Positions 41,557-50,718 of a DNA stretch of 64,000 nt are shown one piece after another. The stretch lies in contig NZHP01000036.1 of the NCBI GenBank assembly GCA_002691465.1, positions 20,116 through 84,115 of the forward strand, read 5' to 3'. The translations under genes were made by a program, and so were the position numbers. Position 1 is the stretch's first letter, and the number at the start of each line of letters is the position of its first letter. This DNA is from Gammaproteobacteria bacterium. GTDB lineage: Bacteria; Pseudomonadota; Gammaproteobacteria; Steroidobacterales; UBA11654. The notes below the pieces were generated by a model, which worked only from the letters and a program-made list of their open reading frames with translations, searched no databases and had not been told where the DNA came from.

Positions 41557-41904
41557 ATGGCTTTATCAATTTTTCATAATCCGAGATGCAGCAAATCAAG
41601 GAAAACATTGGAAATAATTGAAAGCCATAATATTGAAGTAGAAATAATTTTCTATCTTAAAAATCCGCCGACGGTGACGGAACTAAACTCATTGCTTGAG
41701 AAGTTAGAAATGAAAGCATCTGATCTGGTCAGAAAGGGTGAGTCAATCATCAAAGAACTTAATATTGATTTACCCAATATTTCTGATGATGATTTGATCT
41801 CTATCATGATAGAACACCCAATCCTGATTGAGCGTCCGATCGTTTTCAATGAAGCATCTGCGATCATTGGCAGACCGCCTGAGAATGTTAAAGAGCTAAT
41901 GTAA
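41557..41904 (+). CDS. arsC: ArsC family reductase (glutaredoxin-type/YfgD-like)
   Basis: HNPRCSKSR, LIERPIV, IGRPPE. Confidence 0.85.
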   Translation: MALSIFHNPRCSKSRKTLEIIESHNIEVEIIFYLKNPPTVTELNSLLEKLEMKASDLVRKGESIIKELNIDLPNISDDDLISIMIEHPILIERPIVFNEASAIIGRPPENVKELM

Positions 41905-41907
41905 ATA

Positions 41908-43398
41908 ATGGGCATGCCAAATAAATCGAAAAGAATGCTCCTGAAATCGGGGTTGGCTCTTGGGTTATCAAATCTTGTTTCCGTCCAAGAGATATTGGCT
42001 AAAAATGATCCTTTCTTCATGATGGATGCAACTGCTCAAGCTGATCTAATCAAAAAAGGAGAGGTTTCAATTGAGGAGATGGTCACGTCAGCCATCAATA
42101 GAATTGAAGCTGTGGACGGTTATTTGAATGCGGTAGTCACCAGATCTTTTGAAAAAGCATTGTTGGCTGCAAAAAATTATAATGGAAGAGGCCCCTTTAA
42201 CGGGGTGCCATACCTCATCAAAGATCTTCTTAATCACAGAGGCGTCAGAGCCACGGGTGGATCACGCATGTTTGCAAATCGCATAGCCAAAAGAAATTCC
42301 TCAAATGTTCAGGCCGCATTTGACATGGGCCTCATTTCTCTTGGAAAAACCAATACCCCTGAGTTTGGTTTATTGGGAGTGACTGAATCTCTTTTGTTGG
42401 GTCCTGCAAGAAATCCTTGGAATTTTGAACGCTCTCCAGGAGGATCGAGTGGCGGCTCTGCTGCAGCAGTTGCATCAGGCATGGTCTCTATTGCGTCAGC
42501 TTCTGACGGAGGCGGATCAATTCGAGTACCTGCTTCGTGTTGTGGCATCGTGGGCTTGAAACCAACCATTCACAGAACAATTGATGACGCACAACCAAAT
42601 CGGCCAATTGATTTGAGCGTGAGATTCGTTCATACAAGAAGCATAAGAGACACGATTACCGCACTTCACCACATGCAGGCTAGGAATAATTCTAAATTAA
42701 AGGCTGTACCTGAGAGAATTGCTCCAAAAGGAAAAAAATTCAAAATTGCAATGATTACAACAAATATGCTTGGAGAAGAAGCTGATCCTGAAGTCAAAAA
42801 TGCAATCGAGAGCTCCGCTCTGATCTGCCAGGATCTTGGTCATCACGTAGAAGCAATAAATCCTTTTATCGATGGAAATCGTTTCAGTGATTCATTCCTA
42901 ACCATGTGGGCCTTTGGAGCAAAAGGGATCGTTGATTTGGCTCAACAAAATTTTGTGTCTAATGAAATTTCGATCGATTCATTGCTCGAACCATGGACAT
43001 TGGGATTGGGAAAATGGTTTGATTCTCAACCTGAGGGCAAAGTTGAATTGGCACTTTCTAGGCTCAGAGATGACACTCTTAAGACTCAAGAACTGTTTAA
43101 ATCTTTTGATTTTATACTGTCCCCTGTGACGCAAAGTGTAGCTCCAAAGATAGGATCAATGGCGCCTGATGTGTCATTTGATACTTTGCTTGAAAGATCT
43201 CTGGACTTTATTACCTTTACACCGCTTGCAAATGTTACTGGTGATCCTGCAATCTCACTGCCAATGCATTGGTCATCATCGGGGCTTCCTATTGGCACTC
43301 ATCTGCATGCAAGCTATGGAAATGAAGAAGAATTATTGGAACTTGCGCTCGAACTAGAAGCAGCAAAGCCTTGGTCTCAACGCTGGCCTATGATTTAG
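41908..43398 (+). CDS. Amidase signature family enzyme with Tat-like leader
   Basis: GVPYLIKD, GKTNTPEFG, GGSSGGSAAAVA, SDGGGSIR. Confidence 0.9.
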   Translation: MGMPNKSKRMLLKSGLALGLSNLVSVQEILAKNDPFFMMDATAQADLIKKGEVSIEEMVTSAINRIEAVDGYLNAVVTRSFEKALLAAKNYNGRGPFNGVPYLIKDLLNHRGVRATGGSRMFANRIAKRNSSNVQAAFDMGLISLGKTNTPEFGLLGVTESLLLGPARNPWNFERSPGGSSGGSAAAVASGMVSIASASDGGGSIRVPASCCGIVGLKPTIHRTIDDAQPNRPIDLSVRFVHTRSIRDTITALHHMQARNNSKLKAVPERIAPKGKKFKIAMITTNMLGEEADPEVKNAIESSALICQDLGHHVEAINPFIDGNRFSDSFLTMWAFGAKGIVDLAQQNFVSNEISIDSLLEPWTLGLGKWFDSQPEGKVELALSRLRDDTLKTQELFKSFDFILSPVTQSVAPKIGSMAPDVSFDTLLERSLDFITFTPLANVTGDPAISLPMHWSSSGLPIGTHLHASYGNEEELLELALELEAAKPWSQRWPMI

Positions 43399-44005
43399 TG
43401 TCAGAAATTGCTTTTTGGTAAGCGTCTCTACTCGCCAAAGATTTAAAATAATTCACCACATTTTCTGTTCCAGGTTCACCTGGGAGTAACTGTAAGTTGT
43501 CTGCCAACCTCAATGTATAACCATTGATGATGTCAGCGGCTGTGAAATCATCGCCCATGATATAAGTTCTGCCTTCCATTATTGAATTCAGAGTTTTAAT
43601 CATTTTAGCAAATGACTTTTCAGCACTTTGAACGGAATATTCATGACGATGCTCCTCTGGTCTGAACACCTTATTAATCAATATTGATACAATTGGATCT
43701 ATCAAGACAGACTCGCCAAAATTTAGCCACTGAAGATATTCTGCATATTGGTTTGAATCGTGATCAGGCTCTAGTCTTCCATCTCCATATTTTTGCAATA
43801 TGTATTGGACGATCGCTACAGATTCTGACATTACAATATCGCCGTCTATGATTGTGGGCAATTTCGAAAAAGGGCTTGCTTCAATAAAGGCCTCATTGAC
43901 TTCGCCTCTTTTTAGAACCTCGAGCTCGTAATCCAATCCTAGTTCTTCAAGAAGCCAAATAATTCTGACTGATCGACTGCCGGGTGCATGAAAAATTTTA
44001 ATCAT
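43388..44005 (-). CDS. Glutathione S-transferase
   Basis: RS.RI.WLLEELG, P..KLP, ESVAI, GDDFTAAD. Confidence 0.9.
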   Translation of the reverse strand: MIKIFHAPGSRSVRIIWLLEELGLDYELEVLKRGEVNEAFIEASPFSKLPTIIDGDIVMSESVAIVQYILQKYGDGRLEPDHDSNQYAEYLQWLNFGESVLIDPIVSILINKVFRPEEHRHEYSVQSAEKSFAKMIKTLNSIMEGRTYIMGDDFTAADIINGYTLRLADNLQLLPGEPGTENVVNYFKSLASRDAYQKAISDTKS

Positions 44006-44014
44006 GTTATTTCC

Positions 44015-44332
44015 TTATTCATCTGGTGCAATTTCAACTTTCATGCCATCCATTTCTTCTGAAAACTCAACCTGACAAGACAACCTAGATTGATTTTCCT
44101 TATAAGAGTCAAGATCTTCCAAGAGCTCTTGTTCATCGTCTTCACGTTCGCCTAATTTGCTCGCCCATGATTCCTCGATATAACAGTGACACGTTGCACA
44201 TGAGCACATTCCTCCGCACAGTGCGAGTACACCATTGTCAAGATCTCTCAAACTCTCCATTAAAGAAAGGCCCACCTGTCCTTCAACAGTATGTTCCTCG
44301 CCTTCGCTATCGATAACGTGTATTTTCGGCAT
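44015..44332 (-). CDS. 2Fe-2S ferredoxin (adrenodoxin/putidaredoxin type)
   Basis: CGGMCSCATCH and SRLSCQ. Confidence 0.93.
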   Translation of the reverse strand: MPKIHVIDSEGEEHTVEGQVGLSLMESLRDLDNGVLALCGGMCSCATCHCYIEESWASKLGEREDDEQELLEDLDSYKENQSRLSCQVEFSEEMDGMKVEIAPDE

Positions 44333-44405
44333 GATTATTCCTCAAAAACTACGCCGATTAGAGCATAGATTTTTCTATTTTTCTATAAGCAGAAAGTAAA
44401 AAGCG

Positions 44406-45758
44406 TCAACTCTGCTTGATGGGCAAAATCACACGCACCTCAGCGCCTGTGTTTTCGTGATTATGAATTGAGATCTCGCCGCCATGTGCATCCACTATTT
44501 GCTTTGTGAGATACAATCCCAAACCATATCCGCCGCTACTCCTGCTTCTTGATTCTTCAGCCCTATAGAAGGGTTCAAACACTTTATCAAGATCCTTCGC
44601 TTTCAAGCCTGGTCCGTAGTCTTTTATGATTATCTCAATCGAATCGGCATTGAGTTGATCGGTCGCAATGTCTATTTGGTTTCTCTCAAGCGATGTATAC
44701 CTTGAAGCATTTTCAAGTATATTCTTCAACATGACCTGCAGTAATATTGAATCCCCTTCAACCGCGAGACCATCTTTTAGATTCAAGGCAATCTTTATGT
44801 CCTTCAGAAAATGTGAAGCGGATATTAACTCTTCTATTGTTTTATCGATCTCAACAGCGCCTAAATCTAATTTCTTGTGCCCATAGTTGATTGCCTCGCT
44901 TTCCAGTAAAGTCGAGATTATGCTCTCCATGGCTTGTATTTCGTCCAAAAGATTCTCTCTTTTGTCTTGATCACCGAGCATCTCGACCTGAAGCTTTGCT
45001 CTGGTTAATGGGGATCTAAGTTCATGACTAACGCCCATATTTAATCGTTGCTTGGCTTCTAACATTTCAACTACATTGTCTGCTAGAAAATTGATCTCTT
45101 TTGCCAACAAACCCAATTCGTCTTCTCTGTCGATATTGATTCTATGCTTTAAATTTCCTTCGCCGATCTTAGTCGCAGCTTGTTGAATGTTCTGGATTGG
45201 GTTGATCATTCTTTTAACAAGCAGAAAGGTCAATAAAAGTATTGTGAGACTCATCAAAGCTATTGCCTCAAACAAGTATGTTGGAGCAGCTTCGATCGAT
45301 ATTTTTGGATTCACCATTGTGATGGTGTATTCACCATAGGGTATTTGAAAATAGGTCCTGTTTTCGTGTCTTGCGAATTCTGAATTCTCAATAATTGATG
45401 GCACTTGGTCACTGGCATTTTTTATCTTAATGCTATCCCACGCACTGGGCTGAAAATCAATTTGATTGGTATTTGGAAATTGATCAGTCGAGCTCCACTC
45501 AAAATCATCACCTCTTATCAAAATATCGAAAGGCATATCTTCGCTGATCATCGCTGCTGTTTTTTCATTTGGAGGATAGCCGAGATCTTCCATCAAATTT
45601 CCAAGATAACTGGTCTGATAATAATCAAGAGTGTCTCTGACTTCCTCATTCAAGATCAATGATCTAACACCAAAATCTAAAAGGTAAAAAAAGGCAATAC
45701 CGGTGACTATAAACACTCCAAATAATTTGATTGAGAGCGAGTTAATCCTTTGCAGCAT
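44406..45758 (-). CDS. Sensor histidine kinase (2 TM, periplasmic domain, HAMP)
   Basis: SHELRSPL, NILENA, DYGPG, FEPFYR, GGYGLGL; start moved to ATG 45758. Confidence 0.92.
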   Translation of the reverse strand: MLQRINSLSIKLFGVFIVTGIAFFYLLDFGVRSLILNEEVRDTLDYYQTSYLGNLMEDLGYPPNEKTAAMISEDMPFDILIRGDDFEWSSTDQFPNTNQIDFQPSAWDSIKIKNASDQVPSIIENSEFARHENRTYFQIPYGEYTITMVNPKISIEAAPTYLFEAIALMSLTILLLTFLLVKRMINPIQNIQQAATKIGEGNLKHRINIDREDELGLLAKEINFLADNVVEMLEAKQRLNMGVSHELRSPLTRAKLQVEMLGDQDKRENLLDEIQAMESIISTLLESEAINYGHKKLDLGAVEIDKTIEELISASHFLKDIKIALNLKDGLAVEGDSILLQVMLKNILENASRYTSLERNQIDIATDQLNADSIEIIIKDYGPGLKAKDLDKVFEPFYRAEESRSRSSGGYGLGLYLTKQIVDAHGGEISIHNHENTGAEVRVILPIKQS

Positions 45759-45765
45759 CTTTAAT

Positions 45766-46449
45766 CTACCCTGCTGCGACAAACATATAACCCTTTCCCC
45801 ATATGGTCTTTATAATCTTTGGTTCTTTTGGATCATTTTCTATTTTATGCCTTAATCGCGATATGAGGATATCGATCGATCTTGAAAATAAATGGGCATC
45901 AATGCCCTTAATTTCTTTGATAATCTCGTCTCTTGTAAAAATGACGCCAGGGTTCTTTATGAATAAATCCATCAGTTCAAATTCTTTTGTCGTCAAGTCT
46001 AAGACGTTCCCATCAAGAGAAACTTCAAGTCTTTGTTGATCAACTTGAAAAATTTGATCTGATCTCACAGCGAGATCTTTTTGTGTTCTTCTCAAGAGAC
46101 TGTGTATTCTTGCAACCAACTCTCTTGCCTCAAATGGCTTGGATAGGTAATCGTCAGCGCCCAGATCGATTCCTTTCACTTTTTCGTCGGACTCTCCGCG
46201 TGCACTGAGTATAATAATCGGCGTATCGGATTCTTCTCTGATCATTTTGCAAAGCTCAAACCCATTGATATGTGGCATCATTACATCGAGTATCAAAAGA
46301 TCTGGGCCAAGATGTTTTATGGTGTCGATTGCCTTTCGAGGATCATTGATTGCAGATAAATCAATATCGTAAGATTTGAGGTAGTTTTTTAATAAATCAC
46401 CAAGTTTTTGATCATCATCAATCAATAATGCTTTGGTCATCGTGCTCAT
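45766..46449 (-). CDS. OmpR-family response regulator
   Basis: DDD, LDVMMP, GADDYLSKPF, winged-helix RSIDILISRLR..TIWGKGY. Confidence 0.94.
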   Translation of the reverse strand: MSTMTKALLIDDDQKLGDLLKNYLKSYDIDLSAINDPRKAIDTIKHLGPDLLILDVMMPHINGFELCKMIREESDTPIIILSARGESDEKVKGIDLGADDYLSKPFEARELVARIHSLLRRTQKDLAVRSDQIFQVDQQRLEVSLDGNVLDLTTKEFELMDLFIKNPGVIFTRDEIIKEIKGIDAHLFSRSIDILISRLRHKIENDPKEPKIIKTIWGKGYMFVAAG

Positions 46450-47282
46450 TTAGTCCATCTACCCTTGGTTTCTGCTATTTGATCTATGCCAATACGCATC
46501 TCAAGCATCCGATTGGCTTCCTCTTGCCCAAATACCTCTATTGGAAGAATATTCATGGGATCATTCCTATAGCCCAATTCTCTAACTGCATAATCATATC
46601 TTTGTTGCTCATCTCTTTTTTCCATCGGCAGCTCTTCTGCTTCATCCAGCCAGTTAAACCAACGCTGAATAAACTTTTCTAGATAATCTTCGCAATAATC
46701 AATATTTGCATCATTGAGCTCTGCATGCGAACTAACACAAATTGGAGACATGAGAGACCTTAAATAAGTTCCGTGACTTACAAAACGTGTCCAATCATGA
46801 TTGGAACGAAATTCTAAAAAATCTTGATTCACAGGTTCATAATATCTTGATACATAATCTGGATTTGTCCTCAAGTCCATCCTTGGTGTGTATTCTGCAT
46901 AGAAATATAGTCTGGGTATTGTTCCAAAGATGATCGTTAAGTGGGGGACTTGATTCATTTGACCAAGAAAAACTGTGGCGTTGATATCGAGAATGCTTCT
47001 CTTTCTGTTACCTATCCAGGAATGAACCAACCAATCCACTTCATCGCCTGTATATGAATTGAACGAGCCCTCCATTTTCCCATGGACTGGATGATCATCT
47101 GAATCAAAGTATTCCCTTCCATCGCACGATGGATGTTTTTCAACCTGATAGCGGGCCTTCACTCTCTCAATTATCTTGGTTTGTATGCCCCAGCATCGCT
47201 CCCATGCTGTGTTCACATCGACGTCAGGATTCTCGCTGAGAAACTCCATGATAGTCTTGGTCTCTTTACTGTTAATGAGCAA
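46446..47282 (-). CDS. Red chlorophyll catabolite reductase-like protein (ferredoxin-dependent bilin reductase superfamily)
   Basis: VDWLVHSWIGN, VPHL...FGT, FY.EY.PR.DL..PDY..RYYEP, RSLMSP, RWFNW, R..DPMN recall bacterial RCC-reductase homologues; recognised by eye; start uncertain. Confidence 0.65.
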   Translation of the reverse strand: MLINSKETKTIMEFLSENPDVDVNTAWERCWGIQTKIIERVKARYQVEKHPSCDGREYFDSDDHPVHGKMEGSFNSYTGDEVDWLVHSWIGNRKRSILDINATVFLGQMNQVPHLTIIFGTIPRLYFYAEYTPRMDLRTNPDYVSRYYEPVNQDFLEFRSNHDWTRFVSHGTYLRSLMSPICVSSHAELNDANIDYCEDYLEKFIQRWFNWLDEAEELPMEKRDEQQRYDYAVRELGYRNDPMNILPIEVFGQEEANRMLEMRIGIDQIAETKGRWTK

Positions 47283-47393
47283 TCCCCTATTTGATGATTT
47301 AAGTTTCAGACTACCAGTATTTCGTGAAGAAAGTAATAGCTCAGCCTGGCGGCAGACTATATAATTTTAACCGAACATTATTAGGGAGCTGAT

Positions 47394-48197
47394 ATGCCAA
47401 GCATCAATATAAATAATCATGAAATGTACTATGAAATTCATGGCGAAGGTGACCCAGCGGTTTGCATGGGAGGATGGGGGACATTTTGTCATGGAAACGA
47501 GGGGCTTCTGGCAAGAGGATTGACTGAAAAATACCAAGTTTTAGTCTTTGACTACAGAGGTATACGTGACTCCAGTGATGATTCAAGCATTGAGCCTTCA
47601 ATGAAAATGCATGCAGATGATCTGTCTGGTTTGCTCGATCACCTGGGATGGAATAACGTTCATCTCATCGGTCTAGTTGGCATGGGCTGCTGTGTCGCTC
47701 AAGAAATTGCAATCAATCGTCCAGATCTTGTTCGAAGCATGGTCAATATGGGTGCATGGGCATATTGCGATACCTATTTGTATGATCAGCTTAAATTATT
47801 CAGAGATGTGCATCGAGATTCTGGTTTCCTAACCTTTCAGGAAAAAGTTTCTATCTATTCTTTCCTCCCGGAATACTACAATGAAAACAGAGACAAATTA
47901 CTAGGCCCAAAAGCAGGTTGGAAAGAGCTGAATGGAAACTACGAGACCCATGCAAGACTGGTTGAGGCTTGCATAAATCATGATGTCAAAGACAGATTAA
48001 AAGAAATATCGGCGCCAACATTAATCATTCATGCAGGAAAAGACCTCGTCACTGGACCCAGAACCACATTGCCAATCGAACAAGGAATTCCAAATGCTGA
48101 GGGAGTGATGATGGAAGACGTGGCACATGTTGTCGCTGGAAAAGAGCAGAAAATTGCGTTCTGTGAGATTCTTTTTGAATTCCTGGATAGAAACTGA
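47394..48197 (+). CDS. Alpha/beta hydrolase fold protein (no GxSxG serine)
   Basis: MYYE.HG.G.P, VFDYRG, PTLII.AGKD, VAHV; the nucleophile elbow reads GLVGMG. Confidence 0.8.
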   Translation: MPSININNHEMYYEIHGEGDPAVCMGGWGTFCHGNEGLLARGLTEKYQVLVFDYRGIRDSSDDSSIEPSMKMHADDLSGLLDHLGWNNVHLIGLVGMGCCVAQEIAINRPDLVRSMVNMGAWAYCDTYLYDQLKLFRDVHRDSGFLTFQEKVSIYSFLPEYYNENRDKLLGPKAGWKELNGNYETHARLVEACINHDVKDRLKEISAPTLIIHAGKDLVTGPRTTLPIEQGIPNAEGVMMEDVAHVVAGKEQKIAFCEILFEFLDRN

Positions 48198-48280
48198 TCC
48201 TCAATAGCCCTTGTATTCAAAAAATAAACTATTCATAATGTGGCACGAACACATATTAAGCTAAGTTTATAGGGGTATAC

Positions 48281-49561
48281 ATGTCGAAAGGTGGTTCTAA
48301 AATCCAAATGGATAATGGAAAACTCCTTGTTCCCGACAACCCCGTGATCCCATTCATTGAAGGCGATGGAATTGGCCCTGACATTTGGAAAGCATCGGTC
48401 AGAGTCTTCGATGCAGCGGTAGAAAAAGCCTACTCAGGTGAAAGAAAAATAGACTGGCTAGAGGTCTACGCTGGCGAGAAAGCATTCAATAAATTCAACA
48501 ACTGGCTGCCGGATGAAACCGTTGAACAGTGCAGAGAATATTTAGTTTCAATCAAAGGACCGCTGACAACTCCGATTGGAGGTGGCATGAGATCACTGAA
48601 TGTTGCTTTGAGACAATTACTGGACTTATATGTCTGCCTTAGACCTGTTAGGTGGTATAAGGGCGTGCCCTCTCCAGTAAAGAGTCCTGAAAATGTAGAC
48701 ATGGTCATTTTCAGAGAAAATACCGAAGACATTTATGCCGGAATTGAATTTGAAGAAGGCACAAAATCCAATCAAAAGTTCCTTTCGCTCTTTAAAGAAT
48801 CTTTCCCAGAAGAGTACTCCAAAATTCGTTTTCCTGAAACATCAGGAATCGGGATTAAGACTGTTTCAATTGAAGGTTCTGAGAGACTTCTCAGGTCTGC
48901 GTTTGAATACGCAATAGAAAACAAGAGAAAGAGCGTGACCCTTGTTCATAAAGGAAACATCATGAAATATACAGAAGGTGCTTTTAGAAATTGGGGATAT
49001 GAACTCGCCGAGAGGGAATTCGGCAACCATGTTTACACATGGGATCAATGGGAAAGAACGAAAACAGAAAAAGGCGAAGACGCAGCTAATCAAGAACAAT
49101 CAGAGGCGATCGAAAGTGGTTCAATACTGGTTAAAGATGCGATTGCAGATATCACACTCCAGCAAGTACTCACTAGGCCATCGGAATTCGATGTGATTGC
49201 AACAATGAATCTCAACGGTGACTACTTATCTGACGCACTAGCGGCACAAGTAGGCGGCATTGGGATTGCACCTGGTGGAAATTTGAATTATATAACCGGG
49301 CATGCAGTATTTGAGGCAACCCATGGGACGGCACCCAAATACACAGATTTGGATAAAGTAAATCCTGGTTCAGTAATATTGTCCGGTGAAATGATGCTTC
49401 GATACATGGGATGGTCTGAAGCAGCAGATCTTATCGTTCAATCGATGGATGCAACCATCCAAAAGAAAACCGTGACTTACGACTTTGCAAGACTAATGGG
49501 GAATATTGATCCCATCAAATGCAGCGAGTTTGGGGATGAACTCATCAAAAATATGAACTGA
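48281..49561 (+). CDS. icd: NADP-dependent isocitrate dehydrogenase (dimeric)
   Basis: [46 protein letters not shown]. Confidence 0.96.
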   Translation: MSKGGSKIQMDNGKLLVPDNPVIPFIEGDGIGPDIWKASVRVFDAAVEKAYSGERKIDWLEVYAGEKAFNKFNNWLPDETVEQCREYLVSIKGPLTTPIGGGMRSLNVALRQLLDLYVCLRPVRWYKGVPSPVKSPENVDMVIFRENTEDIYAGIEFEEGTKSNQKFLSLFKESFPEEYSKIRFPETSGIGIKTVSIEGSERLLRSAFEYAIENKRKSVTLVHKGNIMKYTEGAFRNWGYELAEREFGNHVYTWDQWERTKTEKGEDAANQEQSEAIESGSILVKDAIADITLQQVLTRPSEFDVIATMNLNGDYLSDALAAQVGGIGIAPGGNLNYITGHAVFEATHGTAPKYTDLDKVNPGSVILSGEMMLRYMGWSEAADLIVQSMDATIQKKTVTYDFARLMGNIDPIKCSEFGDELIKNMN

Positions 49562-49609
49562 TTTCAATCATTCATCGAATGATAAATAAAAATATTCAGG
49601 AGAAAAACA

Positions 49610-50059
49610 GTGAAAATAAATATTTTCGTCTTACTCATTATTTCGACATTAAGCTTGGAACCTTATGCCGCTGAGTGCGATCAAATTATTGAAGGAAACG
49701 ATGCACTGCAGTTTAACTCAAAAGCAATGACCGTAAGTGCTGGCTGTGAAACCATTACTGTCACATTAAAGCATACAGGTCAATTGCCTGCGAATATCAT
49801 GGGACACAACTGGGTGCTCACAAAGTCGTCTGATTTTATGCCCGTTGCACAAGCTGGAGGGGGAGCTGGACTTGAAAATGACTATGTTCCTCAAAATGAT
49901 TCGAGAGTGATTGCTTATTCGAAAATTATTGGTGGTGGCGAGACTACAACTGTGTCTTTTTCAACTGCTGATCTTTCCAAAAGCGAAAGCTATACGTTTT
50001 TCTGCTCATTTCCAGGGCATTATGCAATTATGCAGGGATCTCTTTCAGTTATAGACTGA
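49610..50059 (+). CDS. azu: Azurin (type 1 copper protein)
   Basis: Signal peptide, AEC...C disulfide pair, MGHNW, FFCSFPGHYAIM copper ligands. Confidence 0.93.
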   Translation: MKINIFVLLIISTLSLEPYAAECDQIIEGNDALQFNSKAMTVSAGCETITVTLKHTGQLPANIMGHNWVLTKSSDFMPVAQAGGGAGLENDYVPQNDSRVIAYSKIIGGGETTTVSFSTADLSKSESYTFFCSFPGHYAIMQGSLSVID

Positions 50060-50543
50060 GATTTATATCGCCTTTAACAATAGATAAAGGTCCAGAGCGA
50101 GCGATCGCAATCAGATCGCTCAAGCTCTCTATAGATTTTAGAAACTCATTGATTCTTTTTGGCTCTGCCAACATTTGAATTATGGTCAATCCATCCTTCT
50201 CATTGATTATTTCAGCAGAGAAATCATAGAAAATTGTTTTAATTGAATTGAGACTGTCTTCGGGTATCTTGAGCTTTACCATTATCAACTCACTTTCAAT
50301 GTGATCCAATGGTGTAATATCTAAAACATCAATGACATCAATTAACTTATACAATTGCTTAACAATCTGATCCATCTGCTCATCGCTTACATCAGTGACA
50401 AGAGTCAGCCTTGAGGTCATTGAGTCTTTTGTTGGCGCAACACTCAATGAATCAATGTTGAAACCTCTGGTCGAAAACATAGATGATACACGCGTTAAGG
50501 CTCCAGACTCATTCTGTACCAAAATTGCAATTGTGTGCTTCAT
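50049..50543 (-). CDS. ilvN: Acetolactate synthase regulatory subunit
   Basis: MKHTIAILVQNESGALTRV..FSTRGFNIDSL ACT domain, KQLYKLIDV, ARSG; start moved to ATG 50543. Confidence 0.92.
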   Translation of the reverse strand: MKHTIAILVQNESGALTRVSSMFSTRGFNIDSLSVAPTKDSMTSRLTLVTDVSDEQMDQIVKQLYKLIDVIDVLDITPLDHIESELIMVKLKIPEDSLNSIKTIFYDFSAEIINEKDGLTIIQMLAEPKRINEFLKSIESLSDLIAIARSGPLSIVKGDINLSL

Positions 50544-50718
50544 TTCATTGATTGTCTTAAAATTTCTGTGATGGAGTGAATTGTACATACTAAATCAAAC
50601 AAATGAAGGAAGTTATGATTATTACTTTTCATTTATCTTTGTAGTATGGTGTCATCCTTGAAAAAATATACGAGTAATGTTTTATAGATATTACTGGTTA
50701 AATTATTAGATAAGAAAA

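Noticed and set aside
41557-41904. Arsenic resistance island
   Set aside because: Lone ArsC-family gene with no arsR/arsB/acr3; likely the housekeeping YfgD-like type
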